A stretch of 61,814 bases of DNA, filler included, from Sphingomonadaceae bacterium (GCA_050261575.1; 4 parts of 4 records of this genome joined end to end with filler, not necessarily neighbours in it), one strand, 5' to 3'. Positions 50,379 to 59,871 are shown, counted from the whole stretch's first letter. The notes: generated by a model from the letters alone, not told the origin. Made by a program: numbers and translations.

Positions 50379-50394
50379 AGCAGAGATGCCTGCT
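50327..50394 (-). repeat. 68-bp hairpin element, copy F
   Basis: Plus strand GGCGGGCATCTCTGAACGGGGTACGCCTTTCCCGCCAGGGAAGCCGACGTGAAGCAGAGATGCCTGCT is collinear with copy E. Confidence 0.78.
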
Positions 50395-50427
50395 CGAGCA
50401 GGCGTCCACGGTGAAAGGAGCTGTTCG

Positions 50428-51282
50428 ATGGCTGAGCAATCCAAGGTGACGGTATCCCAACTGGTGGAGATGAAGCGCAAGGGCGAGAAGATCGCCATGA
50501 TCACCTGCTACGACTACCCCAACGCCCTGCTGGTGGACAGGGCTGGCATGGACATCGTGCTGGTGGGTGACTCCCTCGGCATGACGGTGCTGGGCTATCC
50601 CAACACGCTGCCCGTCACCATGGACGAGATGATCGTCTTCGCCAAGGCCGTGACCCGGGCCTGCAAGCGGGCCTTCGTCATCGGGGACATGCCGTACATG
50701 AGCTACCAGCCGAGCGTGGAGCTGGCGGTCAAGAACGCTGGGCGCTTCATGAGCGAGGCCGGCTGCGACGGGATCAAGCTGGAGGGTGGTCGGGCCATGG
50801 CCGACCGGGTGAAGGCAATCGTGGACTCCGGCATCCCTGTGATGGGCCACCTCGGGCTCACCCCGCAGAGCGCCTCCATGCAGGGGGGCTTCAAGGTGCA
50901 GGCGAGGACGGGGGACGCGGCCAAGCGGCTGCTCGACGACGCGCTGGCGCTGGAGGACGCGGGGGTCTACTCCATCCTGCTGGAGTTGGTGCCAGCCAGG
51001 GTTGCCGAGTACATCACCCAGCGGCTCTCGGTGCCCACGATCAGCATCGGCAGCGGGGTGGGCTGCGACGGCCACTGCATGATCTACCACGACGTAATCG
51101 GCATGTTCGAGGCCTTCCTGCCGAAGCACGTGAAGCAGTACTGCAACGTCAGCCCGACGCTGCAGGCGGCGCTGACGCAGTTCGTGACTGAGGTGCGAGA
51201 GAAGGTCTACCCCGAGCCGGGGAAGCACGACTTCAAGATCAGCGAGGAGGCCTTCCAGGACTTCCTGAAGCAGGTGGGGTAG
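50428..51282 (+). CDS. panB: 3-methyl-2-oxobutanoate hydroxymethyltransferase
   Basis: MITCYD, LVGDSLGM, DMPYMSY, KLEGG and GHLGLTPQ motifs. Confidence 0.96.
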   Translation: MAEQSKVTVSQLVEMKRKGEKIAMITCYDYPNALLVDRAGMDIVLVGDSLGMTVLGYPNTLPVTMDEMIVFAKAVTRACKRAFVIGDMPYMSYQPSVELAVKNAGRFMSEAGCDGIKLEGGRAMADRVKAIVDSGIPVMGHLGLTPQSASMQGGFKVQARTGDAAKRLLDDALALEDAGVYSILLELVPARVAEYITQRLSVPTISIGSGVGCDGHCMIYHDVIGMFEAFLPKHVKQYCNVSPTLQAALTQFVTEVREKVYPEPGKHDFKISEEAFQDFLKQVG

Positions 51283-51305
51283 GTCCACCTCGCGGCAGAA
51301 CTGAA

Positions 51306-51328
51306 GGGGCGGGTCCGAGACCCGCCCC
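51306..51328. terminator. REP-like hairpin between convergent genes
   Basis: GGGGCGGGTC-CGA-GACCCGCCCC. Confidence 0.55.
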
Positions 51329-51342
51329 ACACCGTTTATCGG

Positions 51343-51783
51343 CTACCGAAAGCCGAAGATGCTCTTGATCCGCCACCACATGTAGCGCCAGGAGAAGGGC
51401 TGCCGTAGCCTGATCGGTTCGTAGTCCACGACCCTCCCTCTCCACCGTCGCTCCGACCGGCCGTACTGCCTGGAGAGCATCGGGAGCAGTATGGCGGCGA
51501 GGAGGCAGGCGACGCTACCGATGGCTGCCATCATCCCGAAGGGTGGGTAGACCTTGTGCAGCAACCCCGCCAGCAGCGCCAGCAACACCCATCCCACCAG
51601 GAACTGGGTGGAGCTGTAGCTGTACAACTGTCGCCTGAAGCTCGCCATCCAGCCACTCCACGGGGCAGGCCTCGGTTGCCGGGGCGGGACCCTGCGTTGA
51701 CCCCCCTCTGGGATGAAGTTGTCAATCCGGTTCAGGATCTCTCGGATTTCGTCTTCGTACTTGTCGTGCTTGTCGTTGGGCAT
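51343..51783 (-). CDS. Hypothetical membrane protein with two TM segments
   Basis: KYEDEIREIL N-terminus, two hydrophobic segments, basic tail (RRWRGR). Confidence 0.75.
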   Translation of the reverse strand: MPNDKHDKYEDEIREILNRIDNFIPEGGQRRVPPRQPRPAPWSGWMASFRRQLYSYSSTQFLVGWVLLALLAGLLHKVYPPFGMMAAIGSVACLLAAILLPMLSRQYGRSERRWRGRVVDYEPIRLRQPFSWRYMWWRIKSIFGFR

Positions 51784-51896
51784 CGGTGGTTCCCAGAAAG
51801 CGATCGGCCTTCAGCCGCAGGACTCTCCCCGCTGGCTTCGCTATAAGTATAGCACTCGAGGATCAAGGGGATTACTCTGATTTGCGATTCCTTGCT

Positions 51897-52784
51897 CTAG
51901 CTGCCTGCTGACTCCTGGCGGCTGATCGCCTCAGCCAGGGCTAACAGGCTCCGGGCCCTCTCGGCGATGGGGATGTCTATCATCTTGCCGTTCACCGCGA
52001 CCGATGCCTCGCCCCGGGCCTCGGCCGCGTCGTAGGCGGCCACCACCTGCCGCGCGTACTCGATCTCCTGCTCCGAGGGGGTGAAGACGCGATTGACCAG
52101 GCCGATCTGCTTGGGATGTATCACGAACTTGCCCCTGAAGCCCAACTGCTTGGCCAGCCGGCAGTTCTCCTCCAGTCCCTCGTCGTCGTTGACGTCGGAG
52201 AAGACGCTATCCACGGCGGCGACGTCGGTGAGCCGGGCGTAGAGGGAGATCATGGTCATGGGGTAGCGCCCCTCGGTCCCCTCCCTGGAGCGCTCGACCC
52301 CGAGGTCCGTGGCGAAGTCCTCGGCCCCGTAGGAGAGGCCCACTAGCCTGTCGTTGGAGCCGGCGATCTGGGAGACGTTCAGCACTCCACGCACCGTTTC
52401 GATGATGGGCAGGATCTTGACGTGCCCGGCGGAGAGTCCCAACCGACTCTCTAGCTCCAATAGCATTTGGTGTACCTTCTGCACCCCCTCTCCGTACTCC
52501 ACCTTCGGGAGGACGATGCCGTACAGGTTGGGGGATACCACCGCCTCCAGGTCGTCGGGGAGGAGGTTGGTGGTGAGGGCGTTCACACGGACGAAGATCT
52601 TGAAACGGCGGTAGTCGCCGCTGTCGATGGCATCTCGGACCATCCGGCGCGCGGTGGGCTTCTCTGCCGGAGGGACGGCGTCTTCCAGATCGAAGATGAG
52701 GGCGTCGGAGTTCACCCCCTTTGCCTTCTCCATCATCCTTTCGCGGTTGCCTGGCACGAACAGCAGCGTTCGCAGTAGCTCCAT
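51897..52784 (-). CDS. CitE/HpcH-family CoA ester lyase
   Basis: RTLLFVPG, DLEDAV, IIET..G, GAEDF, GK..IHP.Q and GKMID.P motifs. Confidence 0.92.
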   Translation of the reverse strand: MELLRTLLFVPGNRERMMEKAKGVNSDALIFDLEDAVPPAEKPTARRMVRDAIDSGDYRRFKIFVRVNALTTNLLPDDLEAVVSPNLYGIVLPKVEYGEGVQKVHQMLLELESRLGLSAGHVKILPIIETVRGVLNVSQIAGSNDRLVGLSYGAEDFATDLGVERSREGTEGRYPMTMISLYARLTDVAAVDSVFSDVNDDEGLEENCRLAKQLGFRGKFVIHPKQIGLVNRVFTPSEQEIEYARQVVAAYDAAEARGEASVAVNGKMIDIPIAERARSLLALAEAISRQESAGS

Positions 52785-52852
52785 TGGACACTCCCCTCAA
52801 TCGTGATTGCGAACTGGTATTCGGGGTCGGGGTTGGGACAACCCCGACGGAC

Positions 52853-54223
52853 CTACACCTCTATGGTCGAGTAGGGTTTTCGCTCCAGGAACACCCCGTG
52901 AGGGGGAAGCTCCGCCAGCCGCCCCTCCAGCACCACCGGTTGTCCCCGCACCAGGGTGGACGTTACCCAGCCCCTCACCTTCCGCCCTTCGAAGGGGGTG
53001 AAATCGGCTTTGGTGTGCAGAATGCTGCCGGTGATGGTGACCTCCCTGTCGGGGTCGAAGATTGCCAGGTCGGCGTCGGACCCCACCTCCAGGACCCCCT
53101 TGCGAGGGTAGAGGCCGAACAGCTTGGCCGGGTTCTCGCTCAGCAGGCGGGGCAGGATGGTGATGGGCAGGCCGCGCTTAACCACAGCCTCGGTGTGCAT
53201 CAGGGAGAGCATGGTCTCCGTGCCGGGCACTCCGAAGGGGGCCTGGAAGATGTTGGTCCAGCCTGCCTCTTTCATCTCCCGGGTGTAGGCTGTGTGGTCG
53301 CTGGCCACGGTGGCGATCACGTTTCGATCAAGGCCGGTCCAGAGGGCCTGGCAGTCCTCCGCGGCACGCAAGGGCGGAGCCACCTTGATGATGGGTCCCT
53401 GCCGCTCGAACTCCTCCTCGGTGAGGAAGAAGTAGTGGGGGCAGGCCTCGGCCCACACCGGCTGGCCGGAAAGGTGGGCGCCGGCCACCGCGTCCACGGA
53501 GCCGGACGTGGTGATGTGGACCAGGTAGAGGGGGCAGCCAGCCAGGCCGGCGATGGAGATGGCCCGGTTCACGGCCTCCACCTCTGCCTCTCGCGGGCGG
53601 GAGCGCGGGTAGTCCGCAGGGGAGGTGAAACCCTCGGCCGCCATCTTCTCTTCAAGGTGGTGGATCACCCCGCCGTTCTCGGCGTGGACCGTTGCCAGCC
53701 CTCCGGCCTCGGCTATCCGCTCCATGGCGGCCATCATGAACTCGTCGCTCACCATCAGGCCGCGCCGCTTGTAGTCCATCATCAGCTTGAAGCTGGTGAC
53801 TCCCATCTCGACCGATGCGGGGATCTGCTCGAGCGCGGAAGGGGAGTCCATCAGCCCCATGTGGAGGCCGAAGTCCACCACGCTCGCCGCCTCGCCGAAG
53901 CGCCGCCAGTGGTCGATCGAGGCTGGGATGTCCTGGTCCTGGTCGGGCCAGATGTAGCTGAGGAGGGTGGTGACTCCACCGAAGGCGGCGGACTCGCTGA
54001 TGGTGCGGTAGCTGTCCAGGTAGACGTGGGTGTGAACGTCTACCAGCCCAGGGAGGACGTACTTGCCGGAGGCGTCCAGGTGGGTGGTGGCGGGGGGCAG
54101 CAGCTCCTCGGAGGCTATGGCGACGATCTTCCCATCGGCGATGGCGACGGCCGCCTCGGTCACGCCCGAGGAGTGAACTACCTTGCCACCGCGGACGATC
54201 GTGTCGACGTGATCAACGCTCAT
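52853..54223 (-). CDS. Cyclic amidohydrolase (dihydropyrimidinase/allantoinase-like)
   Basis: PGLVDVHTH, GVTSFK, VHAEN, LVH, EACPHY, PPLR, SDH and GSDAD motifs. Confidence 0.9.
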   Translation of the reverse strand: MSVDHVDTIVRGGKVVHSSGVTEAAVAIADGKIVAIASEELLPPATTHLDASGKYVLPGLVDVHTHVYLDSYRTISESAAFGGVTTLLSYIWPDQDQDIPASIDHWRRFGEAASVVDFGLHMGLMDSPSALEQIPASVEMGVTSFKLMMDYKRRGLMVSDEFMMAAMERIAEAGGLATVHAENGGVIHHLEEKMAAEGFTSPADYPRSRPREAEVEAVNRAISIAGLAGCPLYLVHITTSGSVDAVAGAHLSGQPVWAEACPHYFFLTEEEFERQGPIIKVAPPLRAAEDCQALWTGLDRNVIATVASDHTAYTREMKEAGWTNIFQAPFGVPGTETMLSLMHTEAVVKRGLPITILPRLLSENPAKLFGLYPRKGVLEVGSDADLAIFDPDREVTITGSILHTKADFTPFEGRKVRGWVTSTLVRGQPVVLEGRLAELPPHGVFLERKPYSTIEV

Positions 54224-54426
54224 CGGTGCAGCCTCTCTCTCTTCGAGCACACGACTGGTGGCAGTACTAGTCTGGGACGGCGGCAGAGAAGGCCAGGGCA
54301 TCGGGGCGATTCGGTGCTCATCCCCTCGCATCTTGCTGCCGCCCGAGGATACGTGGAAGGGAACCGACTGCGTGCCACGAATGTAGCACAAAGGGCAGGC
54401 GCGGGCAAACGGATCGGGCTCGGCCC

Positions 54427-55764
54427 TTACGGGCGCAGCTTGTCCCAGGCCAGCCGCGCCATCCAGGGCAGCCCTCGAAGAGCGTCGAGCCGGTGCTCGG
54501 CCTGGTACCGCCTAAGCCGGGCATCCAGCGTGGCCGGCGGAGTATCCGGCGAGTGGTAGAATGTGGCCCTGAAGCAGTCGTCGTCTGGGGAGATGGCCCC
54601 CTCGGCCACGGCGATCTCCCGCAGCGCGGTGTAGGGCTGGATCCTGTATCCGTGGTCGAAGAGGGTGTAGATGGGGCGGACTTGCCGGATGTGGCCCAGC
54701 GTCTCCTCCACCGTGTCCGGGGTCTCGCCCGGTCCGCCGAAGGTCAGGTAGAGGAAGCAGTCTACCCCGGCGGCGCTCAGCAGCGCGGAGCCCTTCAGTA
54801 CGTCGTCCAGCAGGAAGGGCTTCCGGCAGGCCGCCAGCACCCGATCGGATAGGCTGCCGGCGAACAGCATCAGCGCTCGCCCGCCGGCCCGGCGGAAGAG
54901 TCGGGCGAACTCCGCGTCCACTTCGCCGGGTTCGAAGACGGCGGTCAGCCCCACCCCGGGTTTCGCCTGGATGATCGCCTCCAGCACCGCCTTGGCGTGA
55001 TCCAGGGGGCGGTTGAATCCGGCATCGGCAAGGAACACCGAGCGTACCCCGTGGAGACACCGCAGGGCGACCAGCTCGTCGGCGATCTGCCGGGGGTCTC
55101 GCAGCACCCACTGGCGGCCGTAGGAGCGGAAGGTATCGCAGTAGACGCACTGGAAGGGGCAGCCGGTCCTCACGACCACCGCGGCCTCCCAGTAGGACTC
55201 GAAGGAGCGCCGGTATGGGCGGAGGTTCAGCAGGTCCCAGCAGTCGAAGCTGGTGTCGGCGTAGCCACGGATCTCGTAGGGGTTGCAGTGGATGCCATCC
55301 TGGTCTCGGTACACCAGCCCCGGCGTGGAGAGGTCCGCGTGACCCTTCGACAGGGAGGAGACGAAGCCGGAGATCGGTTCCAGGTCGTCGCCGGCGATGC
55401 CGTAGTTGGCCTGGAACGCTTCCATAAACTGCACCGGAAAGGTGGTGAAGGCGGTGCCACCCAGCAGCGTGGGAGCCGACCACGCTTCGCGCACCGCCAG
55501 GGCGATGGTCCGCAGCACCGGCATGGGATCGTAGAAGTAGCTGTACGATTGGGAATCGACGTTGCGGATGGAGTAGCCGATCAGATCGGGCCGGAACTCC
55601 CGTGCAACTCTTGCCGCCTCCTGGGCCGGGGCTTTGGAGAACATCAGATCCAGCAGTTGTACCTCGTGTCCATCCCGACGAAGCCGGGATGCGACCAGGG
55701 ATGCGCCCAGTGGCGCGGGCGCGGCGGTGCGGTAGCTATTGGTGTAGACGATCAGGATCCTCAT
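54427..55764 (-). CDS. B12-binding radical SAM protein
   Basis: N-terminal B12-binding domain (PLG...LLDL..S.RNVD) and RTGCPFQCVYC. Confidence 0.9.
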   Translation of the reverse strand: MRILIVYTNSYRTAAPAPLGASLVASRLRRDGHEVQLLDLMFSKAPAQEAARVAREFRPDLIGYSIRNVDSQSYSYFYDPMPVLRTIALAVREAWSAPTLLGGTAFTTFPVQFMEAFQANYGIAGDDLEPISGFVSSLSKGHADLSTPGLVYRDQDGIHCNPYEIRGYADTSFDCWDLLNLRPYRRSFESYWEAAVVVRTGCPFQCVYCDTFRSYGRQWVLRDPRQIADELVALRCLHGVRSVFLADAGFNRPLDHAKAVLEAIIQAKPGVGLTAVFEPGEVDAEFARLFRRAGGRALMLFAGSLSDRVLAACRKPFLLDDVLKGSALLSAAGVDCFLYLTFGGPGETPDTVEETLGHIRQVRPIYTLFDHGYRIQPYTALREIAVAEGAISPDDDCFRATFYHSPDTPPATLDARLRRYQAEHRLDALRGLPWMARLAWDKLRP

Positions 55765-56134
55765 ATCGGTGGTCAGCTCTCGCGTTCTGCGCTCGGGGGC
55801 TGGGATTGATACCGGTCAGCCCGGCGAAGGCGTAGTGTAGCAGCCCGCCTGGACTCCAGGACCGGGGCATGCCGAGAGGAAGGCTCAGTTCCATCCCTAT
55901 GCGGCGGGCGTCGGCGGCCACCCGGTCGACGTATGCCTTGGGGGGGTGAGGCATTTCCCCGTAGAGCCGCTGCCAGGGCTCCAGCAGATGGGGCCATCGC
56001 TCGGCCAGCAGATCCCTGATTCTGAGGCTTTCCTGCCCTGGATGGACGGCCGCATGCTCCAGCAGGAAGAACTGTGCCCTTGCGTGGCGGGCGGCGGGGT
56101 GCCCCGCGCCCCACAGGGGGGGGCCCACCCGCAC
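55736..56134 (-). CDS. C-terminal fragment of a gene truncated by the gap (possibly SPL-like radical SAM)
   Basis: Coding-like stretch (WPHLLEPWQRLYG..P..AY); its 5' part is low-quality contig end. Confidence 0.35.
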   Translation of the reverse strand: MRVGPPLWGAGHPAARHARAQFFLLEHAAVHPGQESLRIRDLLAERWPHLLEPWQRLYGEMPHPPKAYVDRVAADARRIGMELSLPLGMPRSWSPGGLLHYAFAGLTGINPSPRAQNARADHRYEDPDRLHQ

Positions 56135-56188
56135 GGCGGGGACCAGGGGGGAAGCCCACCTGCCCGGGGGGGTCCCCCCCGCCCCCCC

Positions 56189-56288
56189 NNNNNNNNNNNN
56201 NNNNNNNNNNNNNNNNNNNNNNNNNNNNNNNNTTAATTAATTAANNNNNNNNNNNNNNNNNNNNNNNNNNNNNNNNNNNNNNNNNNNN
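56189..56288. other. Assembly gap with artificial linker
   Basis: N44-TTAATTAATTAA-N44. Confidence 0.95.
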
Positions 56289-56305
56289 GGGCCGGCGCGG
56301 GGGGG

Positions 56306-57031
56306 GTGGTCTACCAACCCACCGCCTTGGCCCCCGGCGCGCCGGCCCTCGTCGACCCCTGCGCCGCGGGCGGCCGGGGCGACGCAGTTGCCTGGGCATG
56401 TGCTTCGCCCCTAGCCGCGGGGATCGGGAAGGGTCCGGTAGTGCTAGCCTATACCCGCTTCGTGGAGTTCCGCCCCGCTCGCCTCGTGGACACCTACGAG
56501 GGGATCCTTCGGCTAGTGCCCGACACCTATCTATTGGTGGTCGGCAGGGGGCTGGAGGGCGAGGAGAAGGAGTTTCAAAGGCTCGTGGAGGAGCGGGGGA
56601 TCGGTGAGCAGGTGGTGTTCGCCGGGTGGGTGCCTCCAGATCGGTTGCCCGCCTACTTTCGCGCGGCGGATCTCGCCCTCTACCTGTTGGATGACACTCT
56701 GCTCAATCGAACCAAATGCCCGATGAAGCTGGTGGAACTGCTCGCCGCTGGGGTGCCTGTGGTGGCCGATCGGGTTGGCCAGGCCGAGGAGTACGTGGCG
56801 GACGGGCGCACCGGGATCCTGGTGCCGCCGGGAGACAGCCGCGCGATGGCCAAGGCCGCCGTGGAACTGCTGAGGGACCCTGCCAGGCGGGCTGCCCTCG
56901 CCGAGGTGGCTCGCGCGGAGACCCGAGCCAGGTGGAACTGGGGGGTGTGGGCGGCGGAGGTGGAGCGGATCCTCGGCCAGCGGAACCACGAAGACACCAA
57001 GACAGAAAGAGATCGAGCGGTCTCTCGCTGA
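56306..57031 (+). CDS. Glycosyltransferase family 4, C-terminal part
   Basis: VVG.G, F.GWV, AD, PMKLVE.LAAG.PVV and G.TG.LV motifs; 5' end lost in the gap. Confidence 0.85.
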   Translation: MVYQPTALAPGAPALVDPCAAGGRGDAVAWACASPLAAGIGKGPVVLAYTRFVEFRPARLVDTYEGILRLVPDTYLLVVGRGLEGEEKEFQRLVEERGIGEQVVFAGWVPPDRLPAYFRAADLALYLLDDTLLNRTKCPMKLVELLAAGVPVVADRVGQAEEYVADGRTGILVPPGDSRAMAKAAVELLRDPARRAALAEVARAETRARWNWGVWAAEVERILGQRNHEDTKTERDRAVSR

Positions 57032-57291
57032 TTCGTCGTGCCTTCGCCGCTCCGCCCGTGGTGCCGACTCGTCGTAACGACCTCAGCGCGCCGTTCCGCG
57101 AACTCGACGGCGTACGGCGATGGCTCGTAACGCGAGCGAGCACAGCGGTCAGCCCCCACAAGGGCGCCAGTGGAAGGGGGCAGGTCCCTGCCCTCATGTC
57201 TGTGGGAACGTAGTAGCAGGGCGGGGGCTTGTCCCCCTGCCATCGCAGTCGAAGGGGGCGTGCGCTGGCGCGCGCACGGCCTGGGCGCTTC

Positions 57292-58059
57292 CTAGGTGGC
57301 CTCACTCGCTGCCAGCGACAACCGAATCTCCCCGAACGCCGTCTCCTGCACGGCCTCGATGATGTGCTGGCGGAGCAACTCCAACAGCGCGAGGAAGGTT
57401 GCCACTATCTCCTCTACGGTCGTCCCCCCTACCTCGGAGAAGACGGCGGAGCCACTGGATGTGAGACAGGCGATCAGGTGTGCCATCCTCTCCTGGACGG
57501 AGACCCTGGGAGCGAGCTCCAGGCGTCGGCTCTCTGGCTGGAGGGCCTTGGCCATCCTCACCATCGCATCCCTCAGCGCCTCGGGCTCGATCGGTGCCAG
57601 CGGCGGCTCGGGCCGGGGCCCAGCGGATCCTGAAGGCTGCCGCTGGTAACTGCGCCGGCCGGTCTCCTCCAGCTGCTTCAACTGCTCGGCCGCGTCGCGG
57701 AAGATGCGGTACTCCAGCAGCCGCTGACGCAACTGCTCCGCGACGTCCTCCTCGTCGTTGGCCACAGGGGGCGGGGAAGGCAGCAGCTCCCTCGACTTGA
57801 TCACCAGTAGCCTCGCAGCGATCACCAGGAAGTCCGAGAGCAGATCGGGGTCCAGGCCGACCATGGTGCGCATCCGCTCCAGGTACTGATCGGCCACCTC
57901 GGCGAGGCTGATCTCCGTGATCGGGAGGCGTCGCTTCTCGATCAGTTCGAGCAACAGGGCGAGGGGGCCCGAGAAGGCAGGCGTTGCCAGCTCCAGCTCG
58001 ATGGAGGGTCTCGAGGACGTCTCCGACGGCTGCTGCGCGACGGCGACCGGTACAAGCAT
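57292..58059 (-). CDS. scpA: Segregation and condensation protein A
   Basis: F.GPL.LLL.LI, I.L..V.DQY, FLV.AA.LL.IKS..LLP and TFLALLEL motifs. Confidence 0.92.
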   Translation of the reverse strand: MLVPVAVAQQPSETSSRPSIELELATPAFSGPLALLLELIEKRRLPITEISLAEVADQYLERMRTMVGLDPDLLSDFLVIAARLLVIKSRELLPSPPPVANDEEDVAEQLRQRLLEYRIFRDAAEQLKQLEETGRRSYQRQPSGSAGPRPEPPLAPIEPEALRDAMVRMAKALQPESRRLELAPRVSVQERMAHLIACLTSSGSAVFSEVGGTTVEEIVATFLALLELLRQHIIEAVQETAFGEIRLSLAASEAT

Positions 58060-58395
58060 GCTTCGTCCTTCCGAAATCACCCCGAGCCGACCGCACAGAA
58101 GCGCCGAGCGAGATTCGTCTTCCGGAGGATGGTGGCCTCGGGGAGGGGATCCGATGAAGAGGACTTCCGGTTCGGATGGGTCCACACCGGCGGACACTAT
58201 ACCACACGGCAGCAACCTTGTGGCAGGGTTGGGTACTCGTCTGGCAGGGCTTCCCCAAAGCTGCCCAGACCGTGGTGGCAAGCGTGGCGTGATCCTCGCG
58301 GCGGCACCGCTACACCTGTCATGCCGGGCGTTGGCGCAGCCTCTCCTCGTGGGGGAAGCTCTCGCTCTGCTACGTGGAGACTCTTCGCCTGCGGT

Positions 58396-59019
58396 TCACG
58401 GTGACAGTGAGAAAGCACTCTCTCGCCGCCCGGTGAGGGGGAATCGCCCGACCACCTGGTACTGCGGGCCTGAACGGCTGAGTATGCTCTCCATCAGGAC
58501 GAACTCCGTGACCTCGGTCGAGGCTCCGGTGGGCACCGACAGCCTCTGCATGGTCGCGTACACCTGTCGTGAGGTGTTCCGGTCGGAGGCGCGCCTCATC
58601 CGCGCCAGGGTGATGTGGGGCACGAGGGGCTTGCGGTCGAAAGGGATGGCCATGATCTCCAACTGGAGGGCGATAGCCTGATGGAGTTGCTGGAGTTCGG
58701 GTGGTTCGGTCATCAGTCCGACCCATACGACCTGCAGTCGATGGGGCTGGCCGAAGCAGCCGACGCGTCCCAGGGTGAGGTGGAAGGGCGGCACCTGGGA
58801 TGCGGCGGAGTAGAGCGCCGCCTCGATGCGGGAGAGGGAGCCTGCATCCTGGTAGCCCAGGAAGACGAGGGTGAGGTGCATCAGATCGGGCGGGACGGGC
58901 TTCACGTCACCGGCGCCGACCCTTCCGAGCTCGGCGCTGACGCGGCCCAGATCCTCTCGCCAGGGCTGTGGCAACTCCAGGGCGGTGAAGAGCCGGAGTT
59001 TGGTCGTGTCTTGGCTCAC
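58396..59019 (-). CDS. thpR: RNA 2',3'-cyclic phosphodiesterase (2H family)
   Basis: RLF.AL, HLTL.FLG, PHITLAR and S.L...GP.Y motifs. Confidence 0.92.
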   Translation of the reverse strand: MSQDTTKLRLFTALELPQPWREDLGRVSAELGRVGAGDVKPVPPDLMHLTLVFLGYQDAGSLSRIEAALYSAASQVPPFHLTLGRVGCFGQPHRLQVVWVGLMTEPPELQQLHQAIALQLEIMAIPFDRKPLVPHITLARMRRASDRNTSRQVYATMQRLSVPTGASTEVTEFVLMESILSRSGPQYQVVGRFPLTGRRESAFSLSP

Positions 59020-59028
59020 CCATGCCTC

Positions 59029-59871
59029 CTAGATCCCCAACAGACGAGCCGCGTTACCGCCGAGCACCGCCAGCAGATCGGGCTCCTCAATGGGCAAGTC
59101 TCGCACCTTTCCAAGAAAGCGGGCCTGGCGCAGGACGGGGTAGTCGCTGCCCCAGAGCAGTTTGTCGAAGCCGGCGATCCTCCCCACGTGGAGGAAGACC
59201 TGTGGATCGTAGAGGTAGGTAGAGGCCGCCGAGTCGTAGTACACGTTGGTGGAGGCGCGGCGGACCTCCGGCATCAACTCGTAGAAGGGGTAACCACCGC
59301 CCCAGTGTGCCAGGATCAACCTGGCCTCCGGGAACGCCTGCACGAGGGGCCAGATGGTCTCCGGCGTCACCGTCTGCTTGCCAGGGTAGTGGTGGCCCAT
59401 CGGCTCGCTCGCGTGGGTCATGACGGGGAAGCCCCGGCGAGCGGCGTACTCGAAGAAGGGCGAGAGGCGATGAAGCTCGTTCAGCCGGAAGCCCTGCCCT
59501 TCCGGCATCAACTCGCCGACACCTTTCATGCCTGCCGCCAAGCATCTCTCCGCCTCCGCGAGAGCGCGCTCGGACTGGAGGGGCTGCACGGACGCCAGGC
59601 CTGCCAGGCGCGTGGGGTGGCGGTGGATGCAGTCGATGAGGTAGTCGTTGTGCATGGAGCAAAGCGCCGGATCGCTCCAGCCGAAGCCACACACCACCGA
59701 GACGTCGACCCCCGCGGTGTCCATCTCGGCGAGGAGGTCCTCCGCGGTGGCGATTCTGACGCAGGGATCGCCGTACAGCTCGGCGAAGTAATCGTCAAGC
59801 GCCGCGAAGGTCTCCCGCCGCCTTGCGACCTCGGGTGGAAAGATGTGGGTGTGGCAGTCGACTACTCGCAT
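59029..59871 (-). CDS. Amidohydrolase family 2 protein
   Basis: VVDCHTH, G..GVGEL, LAHWGG and WGSDYP motifs; ATG overlaps the oppC stop. Confidence 0.9.
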   Translation of the reverse strand: MRVVDCHTHIFPPEVARRRETFAALDDYFAELYGDPCVRIATAEDLLAEMDTAGVDVSVVCGFGWSDPALCSMHNDYLIDCIHRHPTRLAGLASVQPLQSERALAEAERCLAAGMKGVGELMPEGQGFRLNELHRLSPFFEYAARRGFPVMTHASEPMGHHYPGKQTVTPETIWPLVQAFPEARLILAHWGGGYPFYELMPEVRRASTNVYYDSAASTYLYDPQVFLHVGRIAGFDKLLWGSDYPVLRQARFLGKVRDLPIEEPDLLAVLGGNAARLLGI

